A stretch of DNA of 64,000 nt from Candidatus Omnitrophota bacterium (GCA_015233405.1 JADFXT010000010.1:41578-105577), one strand, 5' to 3'. Shown: positions 1-10,122, counted from the first letter of the stretch. Made by a program: numbers and translations. The notes: generated from the letters alone by a model not told the origin.

Positions 1-909
1 CTGCAGATATTTCCAGACGACAATTTGTTTCGGGGAGAATATTTTCTCGACATTCTCTGCGGAAAGTAATCCTAAGGCCAGCTCTGTTTGCTTTTGTGCC
101 GTTGTTAAGAAGAAATCCAACCAAGGAACAATATTGGGATTCTTTGTCCGCATAGTTTTCTGACTCTTCCGCAAAGCCATATAATAATCAGCCTTATTTT
201 CCTCAATCAATTTTTCATGGGAAATATAGGGTATATACTCATAGCCGTTTTTCAATAATAAAAAATTTGTCATAACACGAGAAATGCGGCCATTGCCATC
301 TTGAAAAGGGTGAATGAGTAGAAACTCAACGAGGAAATTGCCGATAATCAATAGAGGCGGAAATCGTTTTTCCTTAAATGCTTTGTCCGTAGCCTCAACC
401 AATTCCTGCATTTCTTTTGGGGTCAAGTATGCCGGTGTCGTATCAAAAAGAAGACCGACCGATTTTCCTTCGGCATCAATCATATGAACTTTATTTTCGG
501 TCTTTTTGTATTGCCCCCGGTGCAGCTTATCTTTCTCAGCATATTTTAATAGCTCTTTATGAAAATGCTTAATCGTGTTCTCCGAGAAAGCTATTGTATT
601 CCAAGCCTCAAAGACATTTTGCAAAAGTTCATAATATCCTTTTACTTCCTGTTTATCCCTATCCGCGAACTTTTGAATAGAAATCCCCCTCATCAGCTTC
701 TCAACATCCTCATCGGATAGTCTGGCCCCTTCGATACGAGTCGATGCTCCTGTAGAAGTCGCTAAAACAGTCCGTTTGAGGCGACCTAAAATTTGGGGGT
801 TTAGTTTAAGGCCTGACACCCACTGGCCTTTCAGTTCATCAATCTTAATAACCTTAGACCAGGTTTCCGGCGGTAAATTTTCTAAACGTTTAAGGAATGA
901 TTGAAGCAT
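1..909 (-). CDS. Fic/DOC family protein (AMPylase-type); C-terminus runs off the left window edge
   Basis: Absent from the ORF track because there is no stop in the window. Reverse-strand ATG (rc of 907-909) follows an AGGAGG (rc of 915-920). Translation MLQSFLKRLENLPPETW... contains the canonical Fic motif HPFQDGNGRISR (rc of 277-312). Confidence 0.85.
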   Translation of the reverse strand, partial: MLQSFLKRLENLPPETWSKVIKIDELKGQWVSGLKLNPQILGRLKRTVLATSTGASTRIEGARLSDEDVEKLMRGISIQKFADRDKQEVKGYYELLQNVFEAWNTIAFSENTIKHFHKELLKYAEKDKLHRGQYKKTENKVHMIDAEGKSVGLLFDTTPAYLTPKEMQELVEATDKAFKEKRFPPLLIIGNFLVEFLLIHPFQDGNGRISRVMTNFLLLKNGYEYIPYISHEKLIEENKADYYMALRKSQKTMRTKNPNIVPWLDFFLTTAQKQTELALGLLSAENVEKIFSPKQIVVWKYLQ

Positions 910-1036
910 GGACACCTCCTATTCAAGATATATTAGATTATATGAGATTATATGAGATTGTCAAGGGCCGCTTGCTGTGGTTTTATTCACAAGATTTGGC
1001 AGAAAATTTATTTCGTGAATTATTTTTATTATTAAC

Positions 1037-1192
1037 CGGACGCAGGCCAATCGTGTTCCTATAAAGGATGCCATGAATCGTTCTGGGCATAAAGATGTCG
1101 AAATTTTTGTTAAACATTATCAGCAACATTCACAAGAGGGCATTGGGGCTGTGATAAATGCGGTCGGATTGGATACTCAAGCGTTGGCATAA
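1037..1192 (+). pseudogene. Tyrosine recombinase (phage integrase) C-terminal remnant
   Basis: The frame ending at TAA 1190-1192 reads RTQANRVPIKDAMNRSGHKDVEIFVKHYQQ... This fits the C-terminal integrase pattern (hydrophobic-x-x-x-GH-x-x-hydrophobic-x5-6-Y, catalytic Tyr). A TGA at 1016-1018 closes the frame upstream, so the N-terminal roughly 250 aa are missing. Confidence 0.55.
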
Positions 1193-1251
1193 ATTTGATG
1201 ACTTATCGAAAGGAATCGTGTAAAATGGTGGTCAAAATGGTGGTAAAACAA

Positions 1252-1295
1252 GTGGACGACGACGGACCCGAGTTCAATTCTCGGCACCTCCACCA
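1252..1295 (+). other. tmRNA / tRNA-Ala-like 3'-end fragment (T-arm, acceptor strand, CCA); putative att-site remnant
   Basis: T stem CCGAG (1268-1272) / CTCGG (1280-1284), loop TTCAATT, acceptor strand CACCTCC, then ACCA ending at 1295. U at position 70 implies a G3:U70 alanine identity, as in tmRNA. No matching 5' acceptor strand lies at tRNA distance upstream. Confidence 0.6.
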
Positions 1296-1416
1296 TTGAA
1301 ACCAATCCGAACCGTTGTCCTTAGTACAATGGTTCGATAGTTTTCGGGGCTACCCGTTTATTTTTATATGTTGTAAGTTACTATTTGACATCAGATGATA
1401 TGCGTAGAATTTAAGA

Positions 1417-2220
1417 ATGAATATAAGAAAGTATTGTTTATTAAAATATAAACTTCCCATTTGGATTGCGTTGATTTTGTTATGCCTTCCTTTAAAGAAT
1501 TCTTTTAGTGAGTCCTCTAAAATCCACGTTTTATTTATTGGAAATAGCCTGACCTATGTCAATGACCTTCCGGGGCGGATCAGCCAACTTGCTAAAACCC
1601 GCAACATTGTTATGGAATATGAAATGTATGCTCCCGGAGGATATCGATTATACCAGCATGCATCAGACCCTGTATTATCGGAAAAGATCAAGAAGGGAAT
1701 CTGGGATTTTGTTGTTTTACAGGAACAAAGTCAGTGGCCTGCGCTGGAAGACAAGAGGCTGGAAGCGGAAGTGTATGTGTATGCCCAAAGTTTGTGCGAG
1801 ACGATCAGGGAATCGAATCCCAAAGCGCATGTGGTTTTTTATATGACCATGGCTAAAAAAGATGGAGATCCTGATAATGCTCGATATATTCCAGAAGTCG
1901 CGACATATGAAGGAATGCAGGACAGGATTAATAATAGTTACATCCATATGGCAGAACAAAACCATGGTATTATTGCGCCAGTAGGTTTTGTCTGGCAAAA
2001 TGTGCGGAAGGATCAACCGTCAATTGTGTTATATGCGGATGATAAGCATCCCAATATTACGGGTTCCTATTTAGCCGCTTGTGTGTTTTTTGAGGTTCTT
2101 TTTAAAGATAGTCCCGTAGGATTGCCTCATCCCCAAGAAATTGATGATAATACAGCGTCGTATTTACAAAAGATGACGGAACAGGCCATACAAAAACAAT
2201 CCTGGGATTGGGAGCAATAA
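1417..2220 (+). CDS. Secreted SGNH/GDSL-like hydrolase
   Basis: N-terminal hydrophobic signal. Block I-like motif FIGNSLT, and a C-terminal DDKHP motif consistent with the Asp-x-x-His catalytic pair of SGNH hydrolases. Confidence 0.6.
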   Translation: MNIRKYCLLKYKLPIWIALILLCLPLKNSFSESSKIHVLFIGNSLTYVNDLPGRISQLAKTRNIVMEYEMYAPGGYRLYQHASDPVLSEKIKKGIWDFVVLQEQSQWPALEDKRLEAEVYVYAQSLCETIRESNPKAHVVFYMTMAKKDGDPDNARYIPEVATYEGMQDRINNSYIHMAEQNHGIIAPVGFVWQNVRKDQPSIVLYADDKHPNITGSYLAACVFFEVLFKDSPVGLPHPQEIDDNTASYLQKMTEQAIQKQSWDWEQ

Positions 2221-2367
2221 GATCGATCAAAAACATGATATTTGAATTAGGCAAATTCGATATTGAGGAGAAAACAACAAATAAAATTGAAACCATAGTT
2301 CTTGATAATTTATAAAATGGAACTGTGCTCATTTAACTATCAGTTCATTGCATAGGAGGGATTCACG

Positions 2368-2802
2368 ATGAATAAAAAAGGATTTACGATACTGGAGATT
2401 ATTGTGGTGGTTTCCGTAATCGCGATTCTTCTGGGGGTTGCCCTGCCGCGTTTAAAAGGCATGCAGGAGGAGGCGAAGATTACGCAGGTCAAGAGTGAAT
2501 TAAAAACTCTACAAGCGGCTGTTGAAGCCTATAAGATTCATCAGGGAAGTTATCCGAACGTCGATAATCCCCCGGATTGGGAAACGTCATATCTGATTAC
2601 AGCCACTCCAAAGATTATTGATTCTGAATTGCTTGATCCTTTCACTCAGGGAGCGGAATATCGGTATGTTAATCACGGGAATTACTATGTTATCTGGTCT
2701 GTTGGAGCTGGTGATGGATCAAGCACTTTATTGTTTTCTAATGATGGAGCCGTCACAAATGCCGGGGATAATATTTGCGTTACCAACGGCAGCGGATGTT
2801 AG
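2368..2802 (+). CDS. Prepilin-type N-terminal cleavage/methylation domain protein (type IV pilin / T2SS pseudopilin-like)
   Basis: MNKKGFTILEIIVVVSVIAILLGVALP is a class III signal (G|FTxxE plus a hydrophobic helix). RBS GGAGGG lies upstream. Confidence 0.85.
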   Translation: MNKKGFTILEIIVVVSVIAILLGVALPRLKGMQEEAKITQVKSELKTLQAAVEAYKIHQGSYPNVDNPPDWETSYLITATPKIIDSELLDPFTQGAEYRYVNHGNYYVIWSVGAGDGSSTLLFSNDGAVTNAGDNICVTNGSGC

Positions 2803-2912
2803 AAATATTGGTAACAGTTTCTTTGGTCGGTGGGACAAATCAGAGTAGGTAGTTTAAAGTTGGAAAATAATTAGAAAACATTTATAATAAAGCCTCTTTC
2901 TAGGAGATAGAA

Positions 2913-4172
2913 GTGGATCGACAATTTATTGATAAAACCATCAATCAATTTCTTGGCCAACTCCGTGAGAGCGGATATCATCTGAAGATGGACTTCACAA
3001 ACGCTCCTGACCATGAAAAAATAAATTTTCGGAAAGGCGTCGAATCGCAATTAGGGTTTATTCTAAAGCAAAATAAAAATGTATTTCTCTCCGCGCAACA
3101 GCAAGAAGAACTCCTCAATGAGCTATTATCGGAAATAACCGGATTTGGTCCCCTCGATAAACTACTCAATGATCCTGTCATCGCTGAAATCATGATTAAT
3201 GGCCCGAAGGAAGTCTACGTCGAGAAAAACGGTAAAATAGAGCCCTGTGATGTGGGTTTTCGCGATAGAGAGCATTTGGACTATTTTATTGAGAAAATTC
3301 TTAATTCCTCCGGCAAGCGTCTTACGCAATTAGAGCCTTATGTGGATATCAGCCTTAAGGACGGCTCGCGCGTCAATATCGTAAGATCATCCCTTGCAAC
3401 AGATAGCGCCAAAGTCACTATCAGGAAATTTTCTAAACATATAACAAAGATAGAAGATTTAATTGATCTGGGTTCTTTAGACCATAACGCTGCAAAATTT
3501 TTAGCAGCTTGTGCCGCTTCCAAATTGAACATATTAATTTCCGGAGGCGCTTCAACAGGCAAGACCACGTTACTAAATGTTTTGATAAATTTTATTCCTC
3601 CCGAAGAAAGAGTCGTGATCATCGAGGATACGCGAGAAATACGATCGTCGAGGAAAAATACTATTTTTCTGGAGACAAAAACTCCTAATATGGAAGGTAA
3701 AGGCGCTGTGACCATGAGGGACTTGGTCAAAAATTCTTTACACATGCGTCCGGACCGTATTATTGTCGGCGAAGTCCGTTCTTCTGAGGTCTTGGATATG
3801 ATTCAAGCGATGAACAGCGGTCATGAGGGGTCCTTATCAACGGTCCATGCCAATTCGGCCCTTGAAACTTTGGATCGCTTGGAGATGATCGTCCTTATGG
3901 AAAACGCTAATATTTCGTCGAATGTGGCCAAAAAATATCTTATCAGGGCTTTTGACCTTATCATTCATTTGACAAGGGTGCCCGATGGTTCGCGAAGAGT
4001 GTCTCGGATCAGCGAAGTCTTAAAAAGAGAAGAATATTCTTTTCAGGATATTTTTATTTTTGACGAAATGACTGGGAAATTGACATTTACCGGGAAAATA
4101 CCGGAATTTTATCGTAAATTAAATGCTCAGGGTAAGAGCAGCATCGAAGAAAAACCGTTCATTTTTAAATAA
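2913..4172 (+). CDS. CpaF/TadA/VirB11-family secretion ATPase
   Basis: GTG start after AGGAGA. Walker A GGASTGKTTLLN. The stretch RPDRIIVGEVRSSEVLDMIQAMNSGHEGSLSTVHANS is typical of CpaF-type T2SS/T4SS family ATPases. Confidence 0.9.
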   Translation: MDRQFIDKTINQFLGQLRESGYHLKMDFTNAPDHEKINFRKGVESQLGFILKQNKNVFLSAQQQEELLNELLSEITGFGPLDKLLNDPVIAEIMINGPKEVYVEKNGKIEPCDVGFRDREHLDYFIEKILNSSGKRLTQLEPYVDISLKDGSRVNIVRSSLATDSAKVTIRKFSKHITKIEDLIDLGSLDHNAAKFLAACAASKLNILISGGASTGKTTLLNVLINFIPPEERVVIIEDTREIRSSRKNTIFLETKTPNMEGKGAVTMRDLVKNSLHMRPDRIIVGEVRSSEVLDMIQAMNSGHEGSLSTVHANSALETLDRLEMIVLMENANISSNVAKKYLIRAFDLIIHLTRVPDGSRRVSRISEVLKREEYSFQDIFIFDEMTGKLTFTGKIPEFYRKLNAQGKSSIEEKPFIFK

Positions 4173-4296
4173 AAAATGAAAGCCTAGTATATAAGAAATA
4201 TGTAAGCCCAAATAGATAGAATTATTTTTTACTCCAAACAATGAAATTTTTCCGCCAAGAACGCGGGCATAATAAAGGAAATGGTTAGGAGAAAAA

Positions 4297-5472
4297 ATGA
4301 GAAGAAGCGGTTTAATAATAAAGAAAAAGATCGCGTTTAAGAATGTTTTTTGTTTTATGCTCTTCGGTTTATTATTCCTTTCCCCGTTATCTTTGACGCC
4401 CGCCTACCCTCAGCAATATGACGCCACACATTACCCGCATGCTGATCTAGGGACGATTGATTTTATTGTCAAACCTTTGAAGGCTAATTTTTCCGACAGT
4501 AATAACTTCGTTCTTTTCCAGGCGAGTTCTTCGGATGGAAAAGAGTTTTATGAAATTCAAATCATTGGTGACGATGTGCTTGTCTTCAGGGATTTTGGAC
4601 AATGTCTCAGGAGCATGAATCGGGGCCCGCATGATTTTAAACAAGGAGGCGTGTATAAGCTGACGTTAACTTGGAATGGCCCGTCGACGAAATTCTTTAT
4701 CAATGATGGAGAAATGAAGGGATTTAATCTGGTCGTCAACGGTGACTCTTATCAGCATAGCCCTTTTGTTAAATTTGGCGAATCTGATAACTTTGAAATA
4801 AGCGATGTAAATATTTCTTCTGAGAGTAATATGAGCGTTGCATCCGCTGATCAAGATTTTGCCGACCATCATCAGTGCCCTCAACTTGCGAAGCTTTTGG
4901 ATGAAAAAGCTCAGGAGGAATATAAAGGAATTTCGCTCTTCGGCTTTCCCGATCAAGAATCTCGAGACCAGGTCAAATCGTATATTGATCTTTTGCCCGA
5001 GGCTGTTGCTGGGTCTCTTAAGCGAATCATTTTTGTTGATGAGGGACAGAGATTAGGAAGTGCGCAAGGCTTGACCACGTCTGAGGACACATTTTTCTTA
5101 AGACAAGGATATGAGCCGAGTACTTTCTTTCACGAATCAACGCACGTCTACGATATCCGTCATAATGAAAACAGCAGTAAAGAGTGGGGAGAGAAATTCC
5201 TGCAGAAAGAAGATCATCTGAATTTTGCCGCTGCTTCCACGGATTTGAATCATAGAAGCGGAAGTATTTTAGGTAATCTGGATGGGTCAAGCCCTAGTGA
5301 GCAGTTGGCGCAATTTACAGGGATTGTTTATGATTTTTATCTTAAGAATAAAACGTCCGCCGATTTGATTGCTGCTTTTGGTCCACAGGCAAAAGAACAA
5401 TTAGATTTTTTGTTGAGCAATGGATTTATTACGAGAAAGATTTACGATCAATTGAATATGACCAACCATTAA
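4297..5472 (+). CDS. Secreted hypothetical protein with HExxH (putative zinc metallopeptidase) motif
   Basis: Signal/TM segment FCFMLFGLLFLSPLSLTPAYP. HESTH at 5131-5145 (FFHESTHVYD). The N-terminal half resembles a lectin/LamG-like beta sandwich only loosely. Confidence 0.4.
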   Translation: MRRSGLIIKKKIAFKNVFCFMLFGLLFLSPLSLTPAYPQQYDATHYPHADLGTIDFIVKPLKANFSDSNNFVLFQASSSDGKEFYEIQIIGDDVLVFRDFGQCLRSMNRGPHDFKQGGVYKLTLTWNGPSTKFFINDGEMKGFNLVVNGDSYQHSPFVKFGESDNFEISDVNISSESNMSVASADQDFADHHQCPQLAKLLDEKAQEEYKGISLFGFPDQESRDQVKSYIDLLPEAVAGSLKRIIFVDEGQRLGSAQGLTTSEDTFFLRQGYEPSTFFHESTHVYDIRHNENSSKEWGEKFLQKEDHLNFAAASTDLNHRSGSILGNLDGSSPSEQLAQFTGIVYDFYLKNKTSADLIAAFGPQAKEQLDFLLSNGFITRKIYDQLNMTNH

Positions 5473-5508
5473 TTTGTGAGAACCAATAAGCGATAGGAGG
5501 ATTTTAAA

Positions 5509-6303
5509 ATGCTGGAAAGAAAATTTTTTAAGATGCTGGTTTTACTTGCCTTAGGTCTTTTGCTTGTTCCGGGGATTCTTTTCGCTCAAGAAAAAGTAGT
5601 TAATATTGTTCTCAACGGTAAGAATTTTACGTCAGTGGATTGGCCTCAAGACAATACAGAGGCTAGCATTCCCTACACGTGGAGAGGTTGCAAAGCGGAA
5701 GACGTGATGAGCCGATTAAATACAGTAAAGCCGGACGCTGTGACTGCGCTGCCGAAATTTCAGGGCACTGAACAATTGTACGGATACTTAAAATTGGGCA
5801 ATTTTCCTGATAACCGTTTTTATTTTGTTATGGATGTCTTGGCTCCGGATAAAATGCTCATGTATTTTGATTTCAATCACAATGGCCGTCTCGATGATGA
5901 TGGTGCTCCTTTGCCTAACACGGGAGAAGCCATTAAACCCGGCGAAGCGGGATTTGCGACATACTTAGCTATTCCCTGGGAAAAATTAATTGTAGACTCT
6001 CCGTTTCAAGGAAATTTTAAAGTTTGGTTCTTTATCAATAATTTTCAATGGGAAAATAAAGGATTTTCTCATTCGAGCCATACTTTCTTAAGAGGCATGA
6101 TAGATTTAAATGGCGTTGCCCACACGATTTATATGCATGACCAGGCGGAGAATGATAATGATGCCGACTTGACCAATGACGGATTTTATTTAAAAATTGA
6201 GGAAGGAAAGACTAGATATATTTCTAAAGAAGAAGCGCAAAACGGCGTCACCATTGACAACAATTTATATAAATTTAATATCGCCTATGGGAACGGGAGC
6301 TAA
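5509..6303 (+). CDS. Secreted hypothetical protein
   Basis: RBS AGGAGG. Signal peptide MLVLLALGLLLVPGILFAQE. No family recognised. Confidence 0.5.
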   Translation: MLERKFFKMLVLLALGLLLVPGILFAQEKVVNIVLNGKNFTSVDWPQDNTEASIPYTWRGCKAEDVMSRLNTVKPDAVTALPKFQGTEQLYGYLKLGNFPDNRFYFVMDVLAPDKMLMYFDFNHNGRLDDDGAPLPNTGEAIKPGEAGFATYLAIPWEKLIVDSPFQGNFKVWFFINNFQWENKGFSHSSHTFLRGMIDLNGVAHTIYMHDQAENDNDADLTNDGFYLKIEEGKTRYISKEEAQNGVTIDNNLYKFNIAYGNGS

Positions 6304-6363
6304 TTATTGAAATGTCCTCATTAACAAAAGGGGCCGAACACGTAGTTTTACAAGGAGGAAATT

Positions 6364-6765
6364 ATGAAATTTGTCGAAGAGTTTAAGCAGTTCGCTTTAA
6401 AAGGTAATGTCATGGATATGGCGGTAGGTATTATTATCGGTGCGTCCTTCGGTAAGATCGTTGATTCAGCCGTCAAGGATGTCATGATGCCGCCCTTGGG
6501 ATTTTTAATGGGTGGGGTCGATTTTAGTAATCAGGAATGGGTTATTCGTTCCGCCCAAGGAACCACTCCTGCGGTCACGTTAAAATACGGCTTATTTCTT
6601 AACGCCCTGGTCAGTTTTGCGATCGTAGCCTTCACGATTTTTCTTCTTGTCAAAGGGATCAATGCGTTAAAGAAAAAAGAAGAGGCCTCGCCGACGCTTC
6701 CGCCGAATCCGACGAAAGAAGAGCTGTTGTTGACAGAGATCCGCGATCTGTTGAAGAAAAAATAA
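6364..6765 (+). CDS. mscL: Large-conductance mechanosensitive channel MscL
   Basis: [41 protein letters not shown] matches the conserved MscL TM1 region. The 133-aa size is typical. Confidence 0.95.
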   Translation: MKFVEEFKQFALKGNVMDMAVGIIIGASFGKIVDSAVKDVMMPPLGFLMGGVDFSNQEWVIRSAQGTTPAVTLKYGLFLNALVSFAIVAFTIFLLVKGINALKKKEEASPTLPPNPTKEELLLTEIRDLLKKK

Positions 6766-6775
6766 ATAGATTTTA

Positions 6776-8521
6776 ATGGCCAATAATGAGGGAGGGAATA
6801 TGCTAAAGAAAATTTACACGATAGCCGCCCGGATCATTGCGGGTCTTTTTTTATTTTATTTGGTTGTCAGTCTTGTGGTGATCCCGCTCGTCGCTCCTTG
6901 GGTGATCAGCAGCCAAGGGACGCAATATCTCAAGCATCCTGTTGTTGTACGTTTTGTTTCTTTTAATCCTTTCTTGTTGCGTTTGACGGTCAGTGGTTTT
7001 GAGATCCAGGATGCACAAAAAAAGAGCTTGGTGGGTTTTAAGAGCTTTAGCGTCGATGTGAGTTTCTTAAGTCTTTTTAAGAAACAATATCGTATAGAAT
7101 CGGTAAAACTCGACGGGCTTAAGGTAAGTGCGGCGCTCCTTCCCGGCGGGAAGATCAATCTGATGGACTTAGTTCCGGCGACAGGTCCGCAGCCGGCTGC
7201 TACACCTTTAAAAGAATCCAAGCCTGCAGCGGCCGTGGGAGCGAAAACAGTTTCCGCTCAGTCCGCTATAGCTCAGCCGTTACCCGTTGTTTTGTTTGAT
7301 GATATTTTGGTCAGTCAAGGTAGTGTTCGATTTGTCGACCAGACCGTTACCCCACATTTTATGACGACACTTCATGATATCGACATCCATGTGACAGGAT
7401 TATCGACCAAGCCCGATTGTTTGGCGAAGGTCACATTCAAGGCGGGACTTGATGAAAAAGGGATCATCTTAAATGAAACCATGATCAAGCCGTTCGTGCA
7501 ACCGCTCGAGATGGAAACGACGTTTTCGCTAAACGGTTACGCGATGAATGTTTTAACGCCCTACACTGGAAAATACACCGGACGCACGCTTAAAGACGGC
7601 AACCTGGAATTCCGTATGGATTATCGGATCGCGGACAACAAGTTGACCGCCGGGCATAAGCTCCTGATTCAGCGTTTTGAGTTTGGACAAAAGGTCGCAA
7701 GCAAAGATGCGTTGCCGTTGCCCTTTGGCCTTGTTGTCGCGCTTTTGGAAGACCCTCAAGGCCGGATCAATATTTCCTTGCCTGTGACCGGTGATATGAG
7801 TAAGCCGGATTTCCACTATTGGCCGCTCGTCGGGCAAGTGGTCCGGAATTTCTTCATAGGGCTCGTGACCAAGCCGTTCAGTTTTTTGGCGGCCAGTTTA
7901 GGCGCTGACAGCGGCACCGAGGAATTGGGTTATGTTCGTTTTACCCCAGGTCAGGCCAATCTCCTCGATCAGGAAAAAGAAAAATTAAAGCTTTTGATCA
8001 AAGGATTGAAGGACCATCCTAAACTTTCGTTGGAGATCAACGGAAGCACGGATCCTATTGTTGACTGGAAAGCTATTAAGACAGAAGCGTTGGGCAAGGA
8101 ATATAAAGACCTTCGCGCCCAATCCTCTCGCTCGGAAAGTTTGGTCTATCAGATGATCTATCAGCGGCATTTTGGTATTCGGGAACTCTGGGCCGTGACC
8201 AAGAAATATAAATCCTCGACGGGAGTTTATGATGATACGAAACTGGTCCAAGAGCTCAAACGCCAGCTTGTGGAAAATGCGCCGGCGGATAAAATAGCGC
8301 TCGAGGCTTTGGCGACGACGCGTGCGAAAGCGGTCTATGATCAAATGATCGCCGACGGCTTCGGGGGCGAACATCTTACGATCGGAGCGACCCGCTCCAC
8401 TCAGGCCAGTATGGGGTATGTGCCTTTAGAATTCACATTAACGGTGTTCGGGGAACCGTCGGACTCGACGAAAATTCCCGGGATCGAAAGCCCAGCTGTT
8501 GGCGCTGAACCAAAAAAGTGA
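6776..8521 (+). CDS. Membrane-anchored DUF748/AsmA-like protein
   Basis: N-terminal TM helix, then repetitive beta-rich sequence resembling DUF748 proteins. An alternative start at ATG 6800 follows GAGGGAGGG. Confidence 0.45.
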   Translation: MANNEGGNMLKKIYTIAARIIAGLFLFYLVVSLVVIPLVAPWVISSQGTQYLKHPVVVRFVSFNPFLLRLTVSGFEIQDAQKKSLVGFKSFSVDVSFLSLFKKQYRIESVKLDGLKVSAALLPGGKINLMDLVPATGPQPAATPLKESKPAAAVGAKTVSAQSAIAQPLPVVLFDDILVSQGSVRFVDQTVTPHFMTTLHDIDIHVTGLSTKPDCLAKVTFKAGLDEKGIILNETMIKPFVQPLEMETTFSLNGYAMNVLTPYTGKYTGRTLKDGNLEFRMDYRIADNKLTAGHKLLIQRFEFGQKVASKDALPLPFGLVVALLEDPQGRINISLPVTGDMSKPDFHYWPLVGQVVRNFFIGLVTKPFSFLAASLGADSGTEELGYVRFTPGQANLLDQEKEKLKLLIKGLKDHPKLSLEINGSTDPIVDWKAIKTEALGKEYKDLRAQSSRSESLVYQMIYQRHFGIRELWAVTKKYKSSTGVYDDTKLVQELKRQLVENAPADKIALEALATTRAKAVYDQMIADGFGGEHLTIGATRSTQASMGYVPLEFTLTVFGEPSDSTKIPGIESPAVGAEPKK

Positions 8522-8592
8522 TTTGATGATCCCAATTCCTAATTATAAAGTTATACTGATATTGGAACTCATGTTCAAATAGGGATTTTTTT

Positions 8593-10122
8593 ATGTCAAA
8601 CAATAACATCGAACAAATTCTAGGAGTGCTCAAGGAATTGAAAGGTTTAATTCTTTTGTGGGTCGGATTGTTTCTTGTTTGTATTGTATTGATCATTACC
8701 CTCGGAGTTTCAAGTTATAGGGAGACGTACCGTAGTAAGACCGAAAGTATTATTGAGCAAAAACGGTCCTTATCTATTTTGGTTGCTGGCATCGTGAGTG
8801 GAAAACTTGATTCTTGGGAGAATCTTAGTATCGCCTTGGCGACTAGACCAAGATTAATCGACTCCATTACCGACGGTAATTGGCCTGGGGCTATTGATAC
8901 ATTAAAAGATGTATCTCAAAGTTTTCCATTCATTGATCGGGTTGTTTTATATGACCCTAATGGTATTATCAAAGCTGATGAGCCGGCGGCAACTCCTTCA
9001 GTCATTGGGCAAAGCCGAGTAGAGAAAGAATGGTTTAAAGGGATTACCAAGAATTGGAAACCATATGTTTCGGGAATTTATCAAAGAGGAGCGAGCCCCA
9101 AGATTAATGTCATTTCAATCGCAATTCCAATCCAAATCCGCGATTCGTTTAAGAAAGAGGGTGCTAAAGTCATAGGGATTTTACAATTGCAGGTCAAGTT
9201 AGATGCGTTTCAGGAATGGATCAAAGAAGCTAATGTCGGACGAGGAGGGCTGGTTTTTATCGTCGATCAATATGGACATATTGTCTATCATCCTAAATTT
9301 CGGTCAGAGTCCCAGATCGTCGATTTTTCGTCTGTTCCGATAGTTCGCGAACTTATGAAAGGGTTGTCTGGCGCAAGGATCAATTATAATCCTGTAGAAA
9401 AAGAAAAACGCGTTGCGGCATATCGCGCTTTGCCAAAATATAAATGGGGCGTTGTTGTTACTCAGCCAATGAAATTGGCATTTGCTAAGAGAGATAAAGA
9501 ACTTTTGGGCCTGCTTTATGGATACCTGGCCTATGCGTTATTATTTTTTATTTTGATTGGACTTATTTTCCATGCTTTGATCGTGCGAAAGATCTCAGAG
9601 GACAAACTGAAGGTGCTGAATGAAGAGTTGCAGGTCTTATCTTTGACGGATCCTTTGACGGGGGTGTGCAATCGCCGGGGATTTGAAGTGTATGCGCATC
9701 AGTTCTTGAGAATGGCCGCGCGCGATAATCATAATGGATATGTTTTATTTATCGATATCGATAATATGAAGTGGATCAATGACAATTTAGGGCACAGCGA
9801 AGGCGATGCGGTCTTAAAGGAAGTTGCGGAAATTTTAAAGAATTGCTTTCGGACTGTTGATATTATTGCACGATTGGGAGGAGATGAATTTAGTGTGCTT
9901 ATATCCACGGCTAAAGTCGGGGATGAAAAGATCGTGATCCAAAGGCTGGAAGAGCAAGTGGCTCGACGCAATGAAGCTTGCCGTCCACCACGGCATCCAT
10001 TTTTTTTGAGCATCGGCGGAGTCGCGTGCAACACCCACGAGCTTTGCGATTTAGACAAGCTCCTATCTGAAGCGGATAAGATGATGTACGTTAATAAATC
10101 GATAAAGAAAAAACAAGCGTAA
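8593..10122 (+). CDS. Diguanylate cyclase with periplasmic Cache-like sensor domain
   Basis: Two TM segments flank a sensor region of about 280 aa. The C-terminal GGDEF domain carries RLGGDEFSVL and upstream DIDNMKWINDNLGHSEGD. Confidence 0.9.
   Translation: MSNNNIEQILGVLKELKGLILLWVGLFLVCIVLIITLGVSSYRETYRSKTESIIEQKRSLSILVAGIVSGKLDSWENLSIALATRPRLIDSITDGNWPGAIDTLKDVSQSFPFIDRVVLYDPNGIIKADEPAATPSVIGQSRVEKEWFKGITKNWKPYVSGIYQRGASPKINVISIAIPIQIRDSFKKEGAKVIGILQLQVKLDAFQEWIKEANVGRGGLVFIVDQYGHIVYHPKFRSESQIVDFSSVPIVRELMKGLSGARINYNPVEKEKRVAAYRALPKYKWGVVVTQPMKLAFAKRDKELLGLLYGYLAYALLFFILIGLIFHALIVRKISEDKLKVLNEELQVLSLTDPLTGVCNRRGFEVYAHQFLRMAARDNHNGYVLFIDIDNMKWINDNLGHSEGDAVLKEVAEILKNCFRTVDIIARLGGDEFSVLISTAKVGDEKIVIQRLEEQVARRNEACRPPRHPFFLSIGGVACNTHELCDLDKLLSEADKMMYVNKSIKKKQA

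Noticed and set aside
1144-1295. A possible complete miniature tmRNA. GGGGCTG at 1144 could pair with the 3' acceptor strand, and the sequence gcg ttg gca taa (1181-1192) reads ...ALA-stop like a tmRNA tag.
   Set aside because: At 152 nt it is far too short for a one-piece tmRNA, since there is no room for the pseudoknots. The acceptor pairing has a C:C mismatch. The segment after the acceptor does not resemble the conserved tmRNA D-loop region. The ALA-stop is more simply the end of the integrase-like reading frame.
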